Shown piece after piece: positions 37,709-50,325 of a stretch of 64,000 nt of DNA (position 1 is its first letter; every line of letters begins with the position of its first letter). The notes beneath the pieces were generated by a model that had not been told where the DNA came from, did no database searches, and saw only the letters and a list, made by a program, of their open reading frames with translations. The DNA is from Octopus vulgaris (Eukaryota). The stretch is taken from contig OX597820.1 in the NCBI GenBank assembly GCA_951406725.2, positions 30,318,001-30,382,000 of the forward strand, in the 5' to 3' direction. The translations under genes and the position numbers were made by a program.

Positions 37709-38918
37709 ATCCATCTAGATGCACTGGTGCCAACAGACATACCCTCATAATCATCTTTATCAGTTAGCTAGTACACATATTTTATCAACAGACATGATGA
37801 TATCACCACCATTTGGACAAATCAGCAATGAAGGCCAACAATATCTTGATTGTACCTCTGGTCACAGAGTATTCATATGTAAAGGCTACAGGTTAATTTG
37901 TTGATATAATTACAAAATCACTTCAGACACCTTATATAGAAAGTTTCGTTCTGGACACACATGGAAAATGTTAGCATCTATCCTCTGAATCAAGCTTGTT
38001 TACAGATTGATCACACCTGGTCACTACCACAATGGTATCTCATAATACTAGTACTTCAGTTTCTCTACCAATGGTCAAGGAAACTAGGTAGGAATGAATG
38101 TTCAACAACCAACTCTTTTCATGTGTGACAGAAACATTCACTTTCTAAAAGCAAGCATAGGCTGCTATATTTTTTCTATGAGCAACAACCTAGGAAGTTA
38201 TAATATTCAACATAATTATACAAATTAGAAGCTTGATTTTGTCAACTGGCATCAATAGACGTATCTTTGTGAGCATCTCAGAACAATCAACTGATACAAC
38301 AGCTATCCATCCATCCATCCATCCATCTAGATGCACTGGTGCCAACAGACATACCCTTATAATCATCTTTATCAGTTAGCTAGTACACATATTTTATCAA
38401 CAGACTTGATGATATCACCACCATTTGGACAAATCAGCAATCAAGAGACCAACAATATCTTGATAGTACCTCTGGTCACATAGGGTATTCGGATCTTTTT
38501 GGTTTGAACAGCAGTTTTTTCTAGCGGTGTCATATGAAATTGTCACCCATAATTATGACCCTAGTATCGATCTATTGCATTTCAATCTGTTTTAGGGTTA
38601 GGGTATCTTTTTTTCTTCACAAATGTAAATAAACCCAATCTGTTTCTTAAACAAGGGACATATTCATATGGCACAGAATGTTTTTTTTACCTCAATAGAC
38701 GTCACTGATTGGTTGAAATTGCAGAAATTGAAGAAAAAAACAACAAATATCTTACAAACTATAGAATTTTTTCAATAAAGCTAAGAGAAAAAGATGTTTT
38801 ATAAAAACATTCTACCAGTATACGAAGTTTAAAAGTGTTTAGTTACGTGGAAATTATTTTTAAAAACTGCCATTCAAACCGAAAAGATCCGGGTATTCAT
38901 ATGTAAAGGCTACAGGTT
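37709..38918 (+). repeat. ~190 bp near-identical local duplication (37709-37895 vs 38322-38490 + 38899-38918)
   Basis: catctagatgcactggtgccaacagacataccc...ggctacaggtta occurs twice. The second copy is split by a MITE. Confidence 0.9.
38491..38890. mobile_element. MITE with GG...CC termini and 8 bp TSD (Merlin-like)
   Basis: TIRs ggatctttttggtttgaacagcagttttt / aaaaactgccattcaaaccgaaaagatcc. Exact TSD gggtattc. Confidence 0.9.
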
Positions 38919-41321
38919 ATTTATAAGAAATTCTAGCTCAACAGCTACACAAAGAAACAATACAGTGTACCTGGCCTTTTCATAGCCAACTATTTCCACC
39001 AAAAGTGTAGTATGCACACTTTGTTTCCTCCACTCATCATCATTGAAATGTTCATTTTCTCATGCTTGCACGGGTCAGACAGAATTTGCTGAGGCAGATT
39101 TTCTACAAGTGGACGTTCTTTCTGTTGTTAACCCTCACCTGTTTTTGAGCAAAGTAATATTTCCTCATAGTGAATGTTTTCATAAAGGACTTGAAATGAG
39201 AGACTACTGCTTGTACGATGATGAGACTCATAACTATCCTGTGATGTCAAGACAAGAGGATACAAGCACCACACACACATAATATACATATATTAAGAAA
39301 AAGGAGGTAGTCAGAATTTTGGATAATTATTTATTAGTGCTTTCATATTCATTTATAAGATTCATCAGATGTGATTTTTTACAGAAAAGCCATGACTTTT
39401 TAATATAAATCTGGAAGAGAATGTTCTTTTATTGAGGTTTGGTTAGAGGGAGAGAAAAAGGGGGAAAAGAAAAAAGAAAGAGAAAGGGGCTCCTGGGATG
39501 GTTTAAATTGAATTCATTATGGTCAGTTTGTTGAAGTTAATGACAATTCAAGGTGTCAGTTTTGAAAGTATCTCACTCTATACACACACACACACACATA
39601 ATATATATATATACATACACATCCATTCATCCTTCCACACACAACTACATTATACATGCATATATACATATATATACGCATACACACCTGTATGTATGTA
39701 TGCAAAATGTTTTGAATGTTAGTTGAGGATTGAAAAAGTGATTCATAATAGCAAGTATTGATGCAGTTACAATTATTGAGTATGAAAGAAATCCAAACAG
39801 TCCAAACTAGATTTAAAGTATAAACATACACTCTCTCCAATGTTGATTAATCTTACACAAAAATGATACGCTTGGTGAGGGTCAAAAATGAGTATTGCAT
39901 TTGATTATTTCACACAAACCATGTGTAACTTCAATCACATTTTCTGCAAAAATTAGCCAGGTACGGTATTTGTTTGAGTTAACTATGTAAAAATAACGTC
40001 CATAACATGCTCAATTTCAGCAAGAGTTCACATATCCTTGCTATAAATATTGACCAATTTTTTGGAATCCAGTAACCTGAGTTTTTTTTAAACGTTTAAT
40101 TTAGGTCAGAATTTTTTGATAAAATGAAGTTCCATTGTCTTCCGGTACTTTGGATTATTCCTTGAGCATTTGTAGAAGGGAATGATCTTGAATTTGCTGT
40201 CTCCACATATTTCCAGATGCTTACTTAGTAAACACAGCAATGTTACTTGGCACACTACATTAAGAAAGTCACTGCACACACAACGATGTGCCAACATCTG
40301 TTGGAATGCTACAGAACTAATCCAGGAATTTTTTGATACCACCTTGTATGTATGTATGTATTGAGACCCATCAAGAAAGTGAAATTGTAGTCGTGGCCAA
40401 TGCCAGTGTCGCATATCTGGCACCTATGCTTGTGGCACGTAAAAAGCACACTTCAAACTTTGGGCCTCACAGAGGCAGTAACAAGTGACTGAGACTTTTG
40501 GCAATATACTATGCTTAAGAGATCTGTCAAGTCAAGTGAGATCGTAGTCGTGGCCAATGCTAGTGTTTTGTAACTGACATAAAAAGCACTCACTACACTC
40601 TTGGAAGGGCATCCAACAGTAGAAGCTATGCCAAATCAGATTGAAACTGCCCAACCCATGCCAGTATGGAAAACAGATGTTAAATGATGATGATGATGAT
40701 GTACGACAGGCTTCTTTCAGTTTCTTATTTCTTTATTACCCACAAGGGGCTAAACATGGAGGAGACAAACAGGACAGACAAAGGGATTAAGTCGATTACA
40801 TCAACCCCAGTGCATAACTGGTACTTAAGTTATCGGCCCCAAAAGGATGAAAGGCAAAGTCAACCTCGGCGGAATTTGAACTCAGAATGTGAAGACAGAC
40901 AAAATACCGCTAAGCATTTCACCTGGCACGCTAACATTTCTGCCAGCTTGCCACCTTTTCAGTTCTTTCAGTTTCTGCCCACCAAATCTACAAGGCTTTA
41001 GTCAAAACTTTAAAAGTAGAATAATTTTAACAAAACATTCTTTAGAAACAACTTCATGGATTTTATTAAATAAACAAATAAATTTTAATGTCACAAAGAT
41101 AAATTGTACTAATAACTTGGCTCCAAAAATTTAAAAAGGATTCTTCACCAAACTTCTGAATCCGCATGAAATTAGCAGATAGTCTTTGATAAGATCATAG
41201 AGGCTCATAATCGACACAGTGGGACTCCAATCCCCACTACTACTTTGGTCTTCTCCCAGTGTGGTGTTTGTGGGCTTGTCAGTTTTGACACTAACTCCTA
41301 ATCTACCTCTTTATTTGTTCA

Positions 41322-41545
41322 GCCCTTTAGCATTCAGATTACTTTGTTAAATGTAATGCTTATTTATTCACATTGCTTTAAATTAATCTTGCATTATCTC
41401 ATAGCTTTGAGATTTTGATGATGTGATTGTTTATTGTTAGAATGACATTGTAGAATAAGTGTGAGAAGCTGACTGCAGCCAGTTTGAACATAAAGCATAT
41501 AGAATATTTGAGCCAGATATGGCTGGTTAAATGCTAAAGGGTTAG
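41322..41545. mobile_element. piggyBac-like MITE (second copy ~42710-42928)
   Basis: Termini ccctttagcatt ... aatgctaaaggg with degenerate TTAA flanks. The two copies are colinear. Confidence 0.65.
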
Positions 41546-42129
41546 ACTTTCAGTAGAAGTCTTCGATGGTTAAATCTCAGCAGAATATTGATTCTAGACA
41601 ATGACTGTACAATTGCTTCTAATCTTGAACTCACATATGATTATTTCCTCATGAAACCATCAGGTGGGCCAGCAGCTGAGCACTTCAAATAGTACAAGTG
41701 AGAATTTGGCAAAGCTCTAAGTACAACTTTAAAAAAATCCCCAACAACTTAGTTTTGAATTGTGCTACAGTGCTACAATTCCTTGTAGTAGTTCTTCAAC
41801 AGTGGATTCAAATTTTGGCACAAGGCCAGCAATTTCAGAGGAGGGGGTAAGTCGATTACATCAACCCCAGTGCTCAACTGGTATTTATTTTACCAACCTC
41901 AGAGGAATTTGAACTCAGAACATAAAGATGCAAAAAAAAAAAATGCTGCTAAGCATTTCACCCAGCATGCTAATCATTATACCAGATCATCACCTTAGCA
42001 GTTCTTCATATTACCCTTCATTGAGATCAGCACCACAATTTTCACATTATCTCAGCATTGGTAACAAGCTGTAAAGTTTCAACCATTGTATTTTGCAAAT
42101 GAGAATAATTTTGATTATTCCCTACTATA

Positions 42130-42438
42130 CTCATGCCGGTGACACATTAAAAGCACCATCCGAACATGGCAGACGCCAGTGCCGCCTGACTGGCATCCGT
42201 GTCGGTGACACATAAAAGCACCAACTGATCGTGGCCATTTGCCAGCCTCCTCTGGCCCCTGTGCTAAAAAGCACCCACTACACTCATGGAATGGTGGGCG
42301 TTAGGAAGGGCATCCAGCTGTAGAAACACTGCCAGATCAGACTGGAGCCTGGTGCAGCCTCCTGGCTTCCCAGACCCCGGTCGAACCGTCCAACACATGC
42401 TAGCATGGAAAACGGACGTTAAACGATGATGATGATGA
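42130..42438 (+). mobile_element. RTE-related SINE/LINE 3' copy
   Basis: Ends ggaaaacggacgttaaacgatgatgatgatg. Confidence 0.8.
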
Positions 42439-43039
42439 TATTTCAGAGATAAAGGTGCACAAGTTGTATGTACATAATTAATAAACTTTACCACAAAGTA
42501 TATAGCCTTGGATTTTAGCTAACACTGCATCTATATACAAATTAAAATGATTAAATACATGAGACAGTTGTAAACACCTGTCATGTTTATACAGCCTCAC
42601 CATAAGCAGAAAAAAAAGAAGGATCGATTGGACAATCATTTCAAGTGACTTTACACTAATCTCATCAGCAACCATATACTCTACATTAATTACCATTGTG
42701 AAACTGTATTTAACCTTTTAGCATTTAGATTATGCTATCAAATGTAATGCTTATTAACACACATTGTTTTGAATTAATCATACATTATCTTATAGTTATG
42801 GAATTTTGATGATATAACTGTTGATTATTTTACAATATTATAGGGTTGGTGTGAGAAACCACATCTGGCCTGTTTGAAAGTGAAATATTTGGGGCAGATA
42901 TGGCTGGATTTAAATGATAAAGAGTCAAAGCTATTCCTGTTAGGTTTATAGCTAAATAAGGTACACTGATTTTCAACTGTTAGATCTCTTTATACAAATA
43001 TGTTAAATTACTAATGGTGCTTAAATGATGAAGAAAAGT

Positions 43040-43700
43040 GGTAATTCTGGGTCACACTGTCTGAGGTTGGGTGAAGGGACATTATCAGAGTAGGTGGTCT
43101 TGTTTTGGAGTGGGTGGAAGGATGTATGGACGGATGGATAGACACAGATAATGTTTGGTGGTGAGATTGGTGAAATGGAGAACATTAGTGTTGGAAGCAT
43201 TTTGCTTTGCTAAATGCAGATGTGGAGGTAAACAAGAACATACTGCTTACAGAATTATAATGATCAGGCAATCTTGGGTAAGAAGATTCTGCAAACTCAG
43301 CAGTGAGATTTTTAGTAAGGTGCCAAAAGGATTGGCTGCAATTTGGAAGGTACGTTTCAAGGCAGTATAGTATGGTGAACAACAATATTTTTTCAAATAA
43401 GGATGATGGTCTTGCATGCATAATGGTAATAGATAAAAGCCAACTGACTGAGACAAGCAGGTGATTTCTCTACATATCATAGGCAATGTTCTTTACATTG
43501 TGACAGTAGAGGTAGATGTGACACATTTGGGTGATACAAGCTTTGGTTATGTGAGGGTAGTGCTTTGTTGTCTGAAATGCCAGAACACCAAAAAAAAAAA
43601 AAAAAAGAGTGGATGCTCTAACTGCTTAGCCAACTTGAAGTGCTATAGTTTTAGAAAAGTGGTAACAGTTGGATAGTATGAGGATATCAAGTGGGTAGTC
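43040..43700 (-). mobile_element. Penelope-like retroelement relic
   Basis: Minus-strand remnants resemble the Penelope RT C-terminus/GIY-YIG linker (TSTSTVT...ITC.SQSV.FYL). A similar relic lies at ~22760-23300. Confidence 0.4.
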
Positions 43701-44057
43701 ATGATGAAAGTGTTCAAATAATCTAAGTGCAGAAACTTCAGAATATATTTATGATAGAACTATTTGTAAAAAAACATTTAGCCACAGATCTCATAGATAT
43801 GGTTTGCTTCTTGTCTGTGATTATGTAAAATATTTTGATTTATAAAATGATTTGTTATAGATATATAAATGTTTTTTCTCCTGTTTCATTATGTTCATAG
43901 CTAGATAAATAACGTCTGTGAGATAATCTATTACGTTATAAACAATGATGATATTTCTCGTCTGAGTACTATTATGGTAAGGTAAATGATTACTTTGTCA
44001 GTAGAAGTTCCTGTGAATTGATAATATATCACTTTGGAAGATGACTTATTGCAAATA

Positions 44058-45293
44058 TCAGTAACTAGTTTCATCTCCTGTATGAATAAGCTTGTGTTTG
44101 GTTACCTGAAATTTATAAGAGAATGATTTACCACAGATATCACAGCTATGAGGCTTCTCTCCTGTATGAATACGTTTGTGTCTAGTCACATGATTTCTTT
44201 CAGAAAAGAATTTACCACAGATATCACAGCTATATGGCCTCTCTCCTGTATGAGTGTGTTGGTGTGTAGTTAAATGACCACTTTGAGAAAAAGACTTATT
44301 ACATATAGTACACTGATATGGTTTCTCTCCTGTATGAATACGAACATGTTTAGTTAAATGACTACTCTCGGAGAATGACTTGCCACATATATCACACTTA
44401 TAGGGCTTCTCTCCTGTATGAATACGTATGTGTGCAATCAAAATATATCTCTGGGCAAATGATTCATTACAGATGTTACAGTGGTATGGCTTTTCTCCTC
44501 CATGAACAAATTTGTGTGAAGTCAAGTTACTTTTCCGAGAAAATGATTTATCACACATGTCACAGGAATATGGCTTCTCTCCAGTATGAACCCGTTTGTG
44601 TTTAGTTACTTGGTGTGTATCAGTGAAGGATTTACCACAAATGTCACAGCGGTATGGCTTCTCTCCTGTATGTACGTAATGGTGTGTAGTTAAGTGACAT
44701 TTCTGAGAAAAAGATTTATCACAGATATCACAGTGATATGGTTTCTCTCCTGTATGAATACGTTTGTGCTGGATTGTTTGGCTTTTATCAGTGAACGCTT
44801 TATCACAGATATCACACTGATATGGTTTCTTACCTGTATGAGTATATTTATGTCTATTTAAACTACCTCTTTGAGAGTATGTTTTCCCGCAGACATCACA
44901 ATGAAACCGATTTTTCGCTACATGAATAAACTTATGTGCTGTTAAAACACTTTTTTGAGAGAATGATTTACTACAAATATCACAGGTATATGGTTTTTCA
45001 CCAGTGTGAATCCGTTTGTGCGTAATTAAATCACATCTCTGAGAGAAAGATTTACTGCAGGCAAAGCAACTATATGGCTTTTCTTCTGAATGAATATATT
45101 TGTGTCGGGTTACCTGGCCCGTGTCAGAGAACGTTTTACCACAGATTTCACAAGCATATGGCTTCTCTCCTGTATGAATATAATTGTGTGTAGTTAAGTG
45201 GCTTTTGCGAGAGAATGATTTTCCACAGATTTCACAAAGATACGGTTTCTCTTTTGTGGGAACAAGAATTTGTTGAGATAACAAACTGCTCAT
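44058..45293 (-). CDS. C2H2 zinc-finger protein ZF4 (14 fingers)
   Basis: 411 aa ORF with 14 intact CxxC-HxxxH units. Acceptor at 46105, donor at 50001. Confidence 0.94.
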   Translation of the reverse strand: MSSLLSQQILVPTKEKPYLCEICGKSFSRKSHLTTHNYIHTGEKPYACEICGKTFSDTGQVTRHKYIHSEEKPYSCFACSKSFSQRCDLITHKRIHTGEKPYTCDICSKSFSQKSVLTAHKFIHVAKNRFHCDVCGKTYSQRGSLNRHKYTHTGKKPYQCDICDKAFTDKSQTIQHKRIHTGEKPYHCDICDKSFSQKCHLTTHHYVHTGEKPYRCDICGKSFTDTHQVTKHKRVHTGEKPYSCDMCDKSFSRKSNLTSHKFVHGGEKPYHCNICNESFAQRYILIAHIRIHTGEKPYKCDICGKSFSESSHLTKHVRIHTGEKPYQCTICNKSFSQSGHLTTHQHTHTGERPYSCDICGKFFSERNHVTRHKRIHTGEKPHSCDICGKSFSYKFQVTKHKLIHTGDETSY

Positions 45294-46249
45294 AGTGAAT
45301 CTTCAACTACAACTGTAGTATTGATCTTTCAGCAAATAATTGTTGCCTCAGTAATATGATGTTTTTACAAAAGTGATATGATGTTCTTACAATTGTCTTC
45401 AGCCTCTAATTACAAAACTTAATATTTTATAACTTATTCATTTTCAGTTTGAAATTTATATAATTTCTTCATCAAAAGTTTCAATAGCTATATCAAAACA
45501 AAAATATTTTTCTTTTTTTCTTTACTCTTTCCACAATTAATATTTCTTCAAATATATATTTCTAAGACCAGTTATTTTTGTCAAATTCCGAAAAGGTTAT
45601 AGAATGCTACCATAATTGTTCCAAGACGATTAATTAGGATAGAATTCTTTTGTAATAAAATGCCAGAAAGTAAAGAAATCGCTAAAATATTTTACTTGCT
45701 AGCATAGATCCAAATATGAAAAGTCATTTAAATATTCTTAGTTTAATCTCTGTACAAAATTATCCAGTACATATGTTGAGGTAGCTATGAAAAATGATTA
45801 AATTCAATCAAGATATATTCCACAATATTTGTCAAGGGAGGGTAAATCTTGGCAGAAAAGAAATTATCATTTCTTTTCAATGGAGGATGATTGTGGAAAA
45901 TGAAGGTTTAATACAAATGTGTGTGAAATTTGGAAGCAAAATCTTAGAAAACTGTCTTGAAGAAGTGAGAAAAGGCTAAGATGGCTGGTTATATATTAAC
46001 AAACCTATGTTCTCTTCATGAAGTTTTCCCCTTTCATTTTCAAAAATTGAATGTCTTAATGCATCAGAAGAGAAAATTTTTTTCTGTCCATGGCCCCTGA
46101 AACCCTGAAATAAATAAACAATATAATATATACTACATAATTTAATAATGGGATACAAAAAATCTCTCCTAAAAATTTAGGCTATTAAATATTGTCAACA
46201 AGTACAGGCAGAAGCTTGATTTTTTACACCCGTTGCACTTTTTCTTTTT

Positions 46250-46863
46250 GGGTTCAGTCCCATTGCACGGCACTTTGGACAAGTGTCTTCTGATATAGCC
46301 TCAGGCCGACCAAAGCCTTGTGAGTGGATTTGATAGACAGAAACTGAAAGAAGCCCATTGTATATATATATATATATATATGTGCCGGTGGCATGTAAAA
46401 AGCACCATCTGAATGTGGCCAATGCCAGTGTACCTAACTGGCTCCTGTACCAGTGGCATGTAAAAAGCACCCACTACACTCTCGGAGTGGTTGGCATTAG
46501 GAAGGGCATCCAGCTGTAGAAACATTGCCAGATCAGATTGGAGCAGCAGCTGGCTCTCCAGACCTCAGTCAAACCATCTAACCCATGCCAGCATGGAAAA
46601 CGGACGTTAAATGTTGATGATGTATATATACTTATGTGTATGTGTCTTTGCATCTGTTTGTCCCACCACCATTGCTTGACAACTGATGATGGTGTGTTTA
46701 CGTCCCCATAACTTAGTGGTTTGGCAAAAGAGACCAATAGAATAAGTACTAGGCTTGCAAAAAATAAGTCCTTGGGTCGATTTCTTTGACTAGAAAACCC
46801 TTTAAGGTGGTACTCCAGCATGGCTGCAGTCAAATGACTGAAACAAATAAAAGAATAAAAGAA
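46250..46863 (+). mobile_element. 5'-truncated CORE-like SINE with an RTE-related element inserted in its (TA)n tract (46381-46621)
   Basis: The SINE consensus is interrupted at its internal microsatellite and resumes at ~46622. Confidence 0.8.
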
Positions 46864-47644
46864 TGCTTGGTTAATTTAGATTGGTAGAAATTACAACAGG
46901 GAAGAATAATGGTTTCAAACTTTGGTACAAGGCCAACAAGTTCAGAGGAGAGGGTAAGTTGATTGCATCGACCCCAATACCCATCTGGTACTTATTTTAT
47001 TGACCCCCAAAAGGATGAAGGGCAAAGTCGACCCCAGCAGCATTTGAACCCAGAACATAAATCGTAATCTACAAGCTCTGAAAGGAATTTGTAGAAAATT
47101 TCATCAAAAAAAATTGCCCGTTTTTCTCAAAGTTACGAGGAAACCATGTCAACTCATGTGAAATTTCCCCGGGGAAAAATTCACCACAAATTCCCATAAT
47201 CGGAATCTACACCATCTGAAGTGTATTTGTAGAAAAATTCATTAAAAATTTAGGTAAAATTCTGAAAATTTACCAAAATTTATCCATTTTCCCAGAAGTT
47301 ATGAAGCAACAAATTCGGTGGGGCACATTTGTGTAGGTATGCCGACCAGCTTGTTAACTTATAAATTCTTCTCAGCTGGATGTGAAAAAGTAGGTTAGAG
47401 TTTTGACATACAAAAATGCTCACAGTACAGAAAGTGTATGATCGTTCAAACACAACGGGGGAAATAAATAAATTTCGCGGTTACTAAACAGATACCAGCC
47501 AGACCGGGAAATAAAACTGGGCCCATTACACTCAAAGAACAGCGAGTTCTTATGATTGGGAACTTAAAAACGTTGAACTTAGCAAAAGGAATTATGCTGG
47601 GAGGGAAGGCACAATGAGTTAAGATTATTTACTTTGAGAACGAA

Positions 47645-47988
47645 AATATTTGGTTAATGTTTACAATATTACGCGGAAAGGAAAAATAATAGTCCAAGGA
47701 AACAAATATGAAAACAAAAATGCACGGAAAGCAACAAGGTGGGGGTAAGGAGAGGACTTCGGAAAATTCACAAGAGCCGAGTTTTTCCCTCATAACTTTT
47801 AGGAAAGCCATTTTCCTGAAAGTTATGAGGGAAAACTCGGATCTTGTGAATTTTCCGAAGTCTTCCCCACCCCGTTGCTTTCCGCGCATTTTTGTTTTCA
47901 TAGTCGTTTTCTAAACACTTTTTTACACCCGTTGCACTTTTTCTTTACTTCGTTTCCGGGTAGTGTGGTAAACATTAACTAAATATTT
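47645..47988. repeat. Large imperfect palindrome (core ~47707-47901), probably MITE-derived
   Basis: tatgaaaacaaaaatgcacggaaagcaac...cataacttttaggaaa / tttcctgaaagttatg...gttgctttccgcgcatttttgttttcata, with a loop of only a few nt. Confidence 0.85.
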
Positions 47989-48029
47989 TTTTTACAAATG
48001 TTTACTACATTACAAAGACAAAATCAGCT

Positions 48030-49850
48030 AAATAAATTACTTTTTCTAAACACATTAAAAACCCTATAGCATATTCAGAACACTATTTCAGAAAAATTAT
48101 CTTCGTTCTCTTTGAGCATCTAAAAAAATAAATTTAGCTAGAGCAAAATGAGGATACGATAAGGTAAATTTGCCTCTTCAACTGTCCACAAAAAAAAACT
48201 TATGCGCATCAATGGGATGAGAAATGCAACAAAAATTTTAAATATCTAGGTCAAATGAAAGAGCACCATGTTAAAATGGCACGTGATATGTAATTAAATC
48301 CCGACTACATAGAATATTCTCTAAGCAGTGGTTCCCAACCTGGGGTCGGCAAAGATAGTACTGGGAGTTCAAACATATTAAAAGGGGAAAAACTCATTTA
48401 AATAAAAGGGTTGGGTGCCACAGTTCTATAGCTTCGTGAAGATCCATTGGAGTAACTTGATATATTTACGCACCATGCAATTAATTATTGAAATGAGTTA
48501 TTACTAATTTTTCCCCAGGAAGACTTTGGGGGGGGGGGATTAACAAATTAGACGTTAGTGTGTGTGTGTGAAAGAGAGAAAATTGACAAAGAATCCAACA
48601 GAGAAGAATATTGTTAGCAACCTCAATTACAATCGGGTGAAAGTTGAGGAATTTTTTTTAAAAATCAAAAAAGTATCTATCACCTGAATATGTTCCAAAC
48701 TCTCAACTTGAACAACAACTATCCTGGCCAATTTTTACTCCGAAAGATGATGCAACAGTACAAAATGATGCAATACTTGTAATGTAACCGTTTCAAACAG
48801 GGTGGGAGAAAATAACGAGAAATAAAAAATTACTGAATTTGCTTCCTATACTCAAATATATTTCTTTTTAGACTTTACACGAAGGCCTTTCTTCTGCTTC
48901 AGTTTGAATATAAATGTTTCACTGATGACAATACTTTCGTACAAGGAAACCAGGGGGGGGGGGGCAAAATGAGGTGCTTTTACAGCATTTTTGGCTTTGA
49001 GACAAAATATATTTTTTACAGATGTTCACTACCTTCCAAAAACTAAGCAAATGGCCTACCCTAAATGTATTAAAAGCATTATGGCATAATCAGGTCACTA
49101 TTTCAGAAAATTATCGCCGTTGTCTTTGAGCATATAAAAGACAAATTTGGTTGGGGCAAAATGAGTAAGACAAGATAATGCAAAATTAGCTGCTTCAGTT
49201 CTCCGGAAAACAGACTCATACACATCAATATTCATCCTTAGATATCAGAAAGATCGGAAATGCAAAAAAAAAAAAATTTTAATATCTAGGTCAAATGAAA
49301 GAGGATCAGGGGAAAATGGTACATGATATGAAATTATCGAAACTCGAATAAAAAAAAAAAAACTAACATAAAATATTCTATGGCTTCTTCACGATCTGCT
49401 GGAGTGTTCTCTCCATGATATATTTAAACACCATGCAGTTAAAGAGATACGATTATTGAAATTAATCATTACTCATTTTACCCCATTTTTGGAACTTGAA
49501 AATTGTCAAATTAGACATTAGAGTGGGAAAAGAATTGACTTGGAATCAAACAGAAAAGATCCAAGGATACTGATTGATAAACTCTAAGAATTATCTATAT
49601 ATATTTTTTTCTTAGCAACCCCGATTACAATCGGATCAAAGTTGAGGAAACATTTCTTGAAAAATTAGGACCTGCCACCTGAAGGTTCTAGACTCCCTCA
49701 ACTTCAACAACTATGCTAACCAATTTTTATTCCTAAATATAATGTAACAGTACAAAATGATGATGCAATTCTTGCAATGTAATAATTTCGAAACTGGTAA
49801 TGAAAAAAATAACAAGAAAACTGAGGTTACTCATTTTGCCCCGTTACAAA
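48030..49850 (+). repeat. Diverged ~800 bp tandem duplication, probable DNA-transposon relic
   Basis: ~48050-48845 aligns with ~49060-49845. GGGGCAAAATGAG motifs occur in both orientations (48961, 49153, ~49470, ~49830). Confidence 0.7.
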
Positions 49851-49995
49851 TTCCATCCTCCACTTCTCACTAATGCAGTCAAATATCAGCGTTACCTTCA
49901 TGCATATTCCCCCGCTTTCTTTTATTTTAGCTTTCAATTAACTTCCTTTGACAACAGACATAATTAAAACATTAGATTAGACTATAAACAACAAT

Positions 49996-50270
49996 ACTTA
50001 CAAATCAATGTATTCCGAATGTGGTAAAAACAGTAAATAGCCTGCGTACTGTCAAAGGCCACGAGAACAAACTAAGCTTCCACTTACTCACAACGTCCTG
50101 ATCGTGAATATCCTTATAACAACAAAATCATAAAGGGGATATCATTAATGGCTTTTGCAGTGCCATTTACACCAGATCGCTCCATAAATGTACAGAACAT
50201 CTGATTAGCCGTGCGAAGCTCTGGTGAACGTTATAACTACAATGACCTATAAAGGGATTTAACTCGATTT
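49996..50270 (-). promoter_or_regulatory. Promoter/first-exon module copy F (for ZF4)
   Basis: Donor acttac at 49996-50001. Blocks cgagaacaaactaag and caacaaaatcataaag. Degenerate motif gggatttaactc at 50254-50265. Confidence 0.7.
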
Positions 50271-50325
50271 TTCACTCTCAGAGAGAGAGAGAGAAAGACA
50301 GGTAGACAGACAGACAGATAGAGTC

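Noticed and set aside
38592-38604. TTAGGG/CCCTAA runs (also ~57461-57488, ~61612, ~62138)
   Set aside because: Only 2-3 units, located inside MITE-like elements, so not interstitial telomere arrays.
47629-47914. Mirror-image ORFs on both strands
   Set aside because: An artefact of the palindrome.
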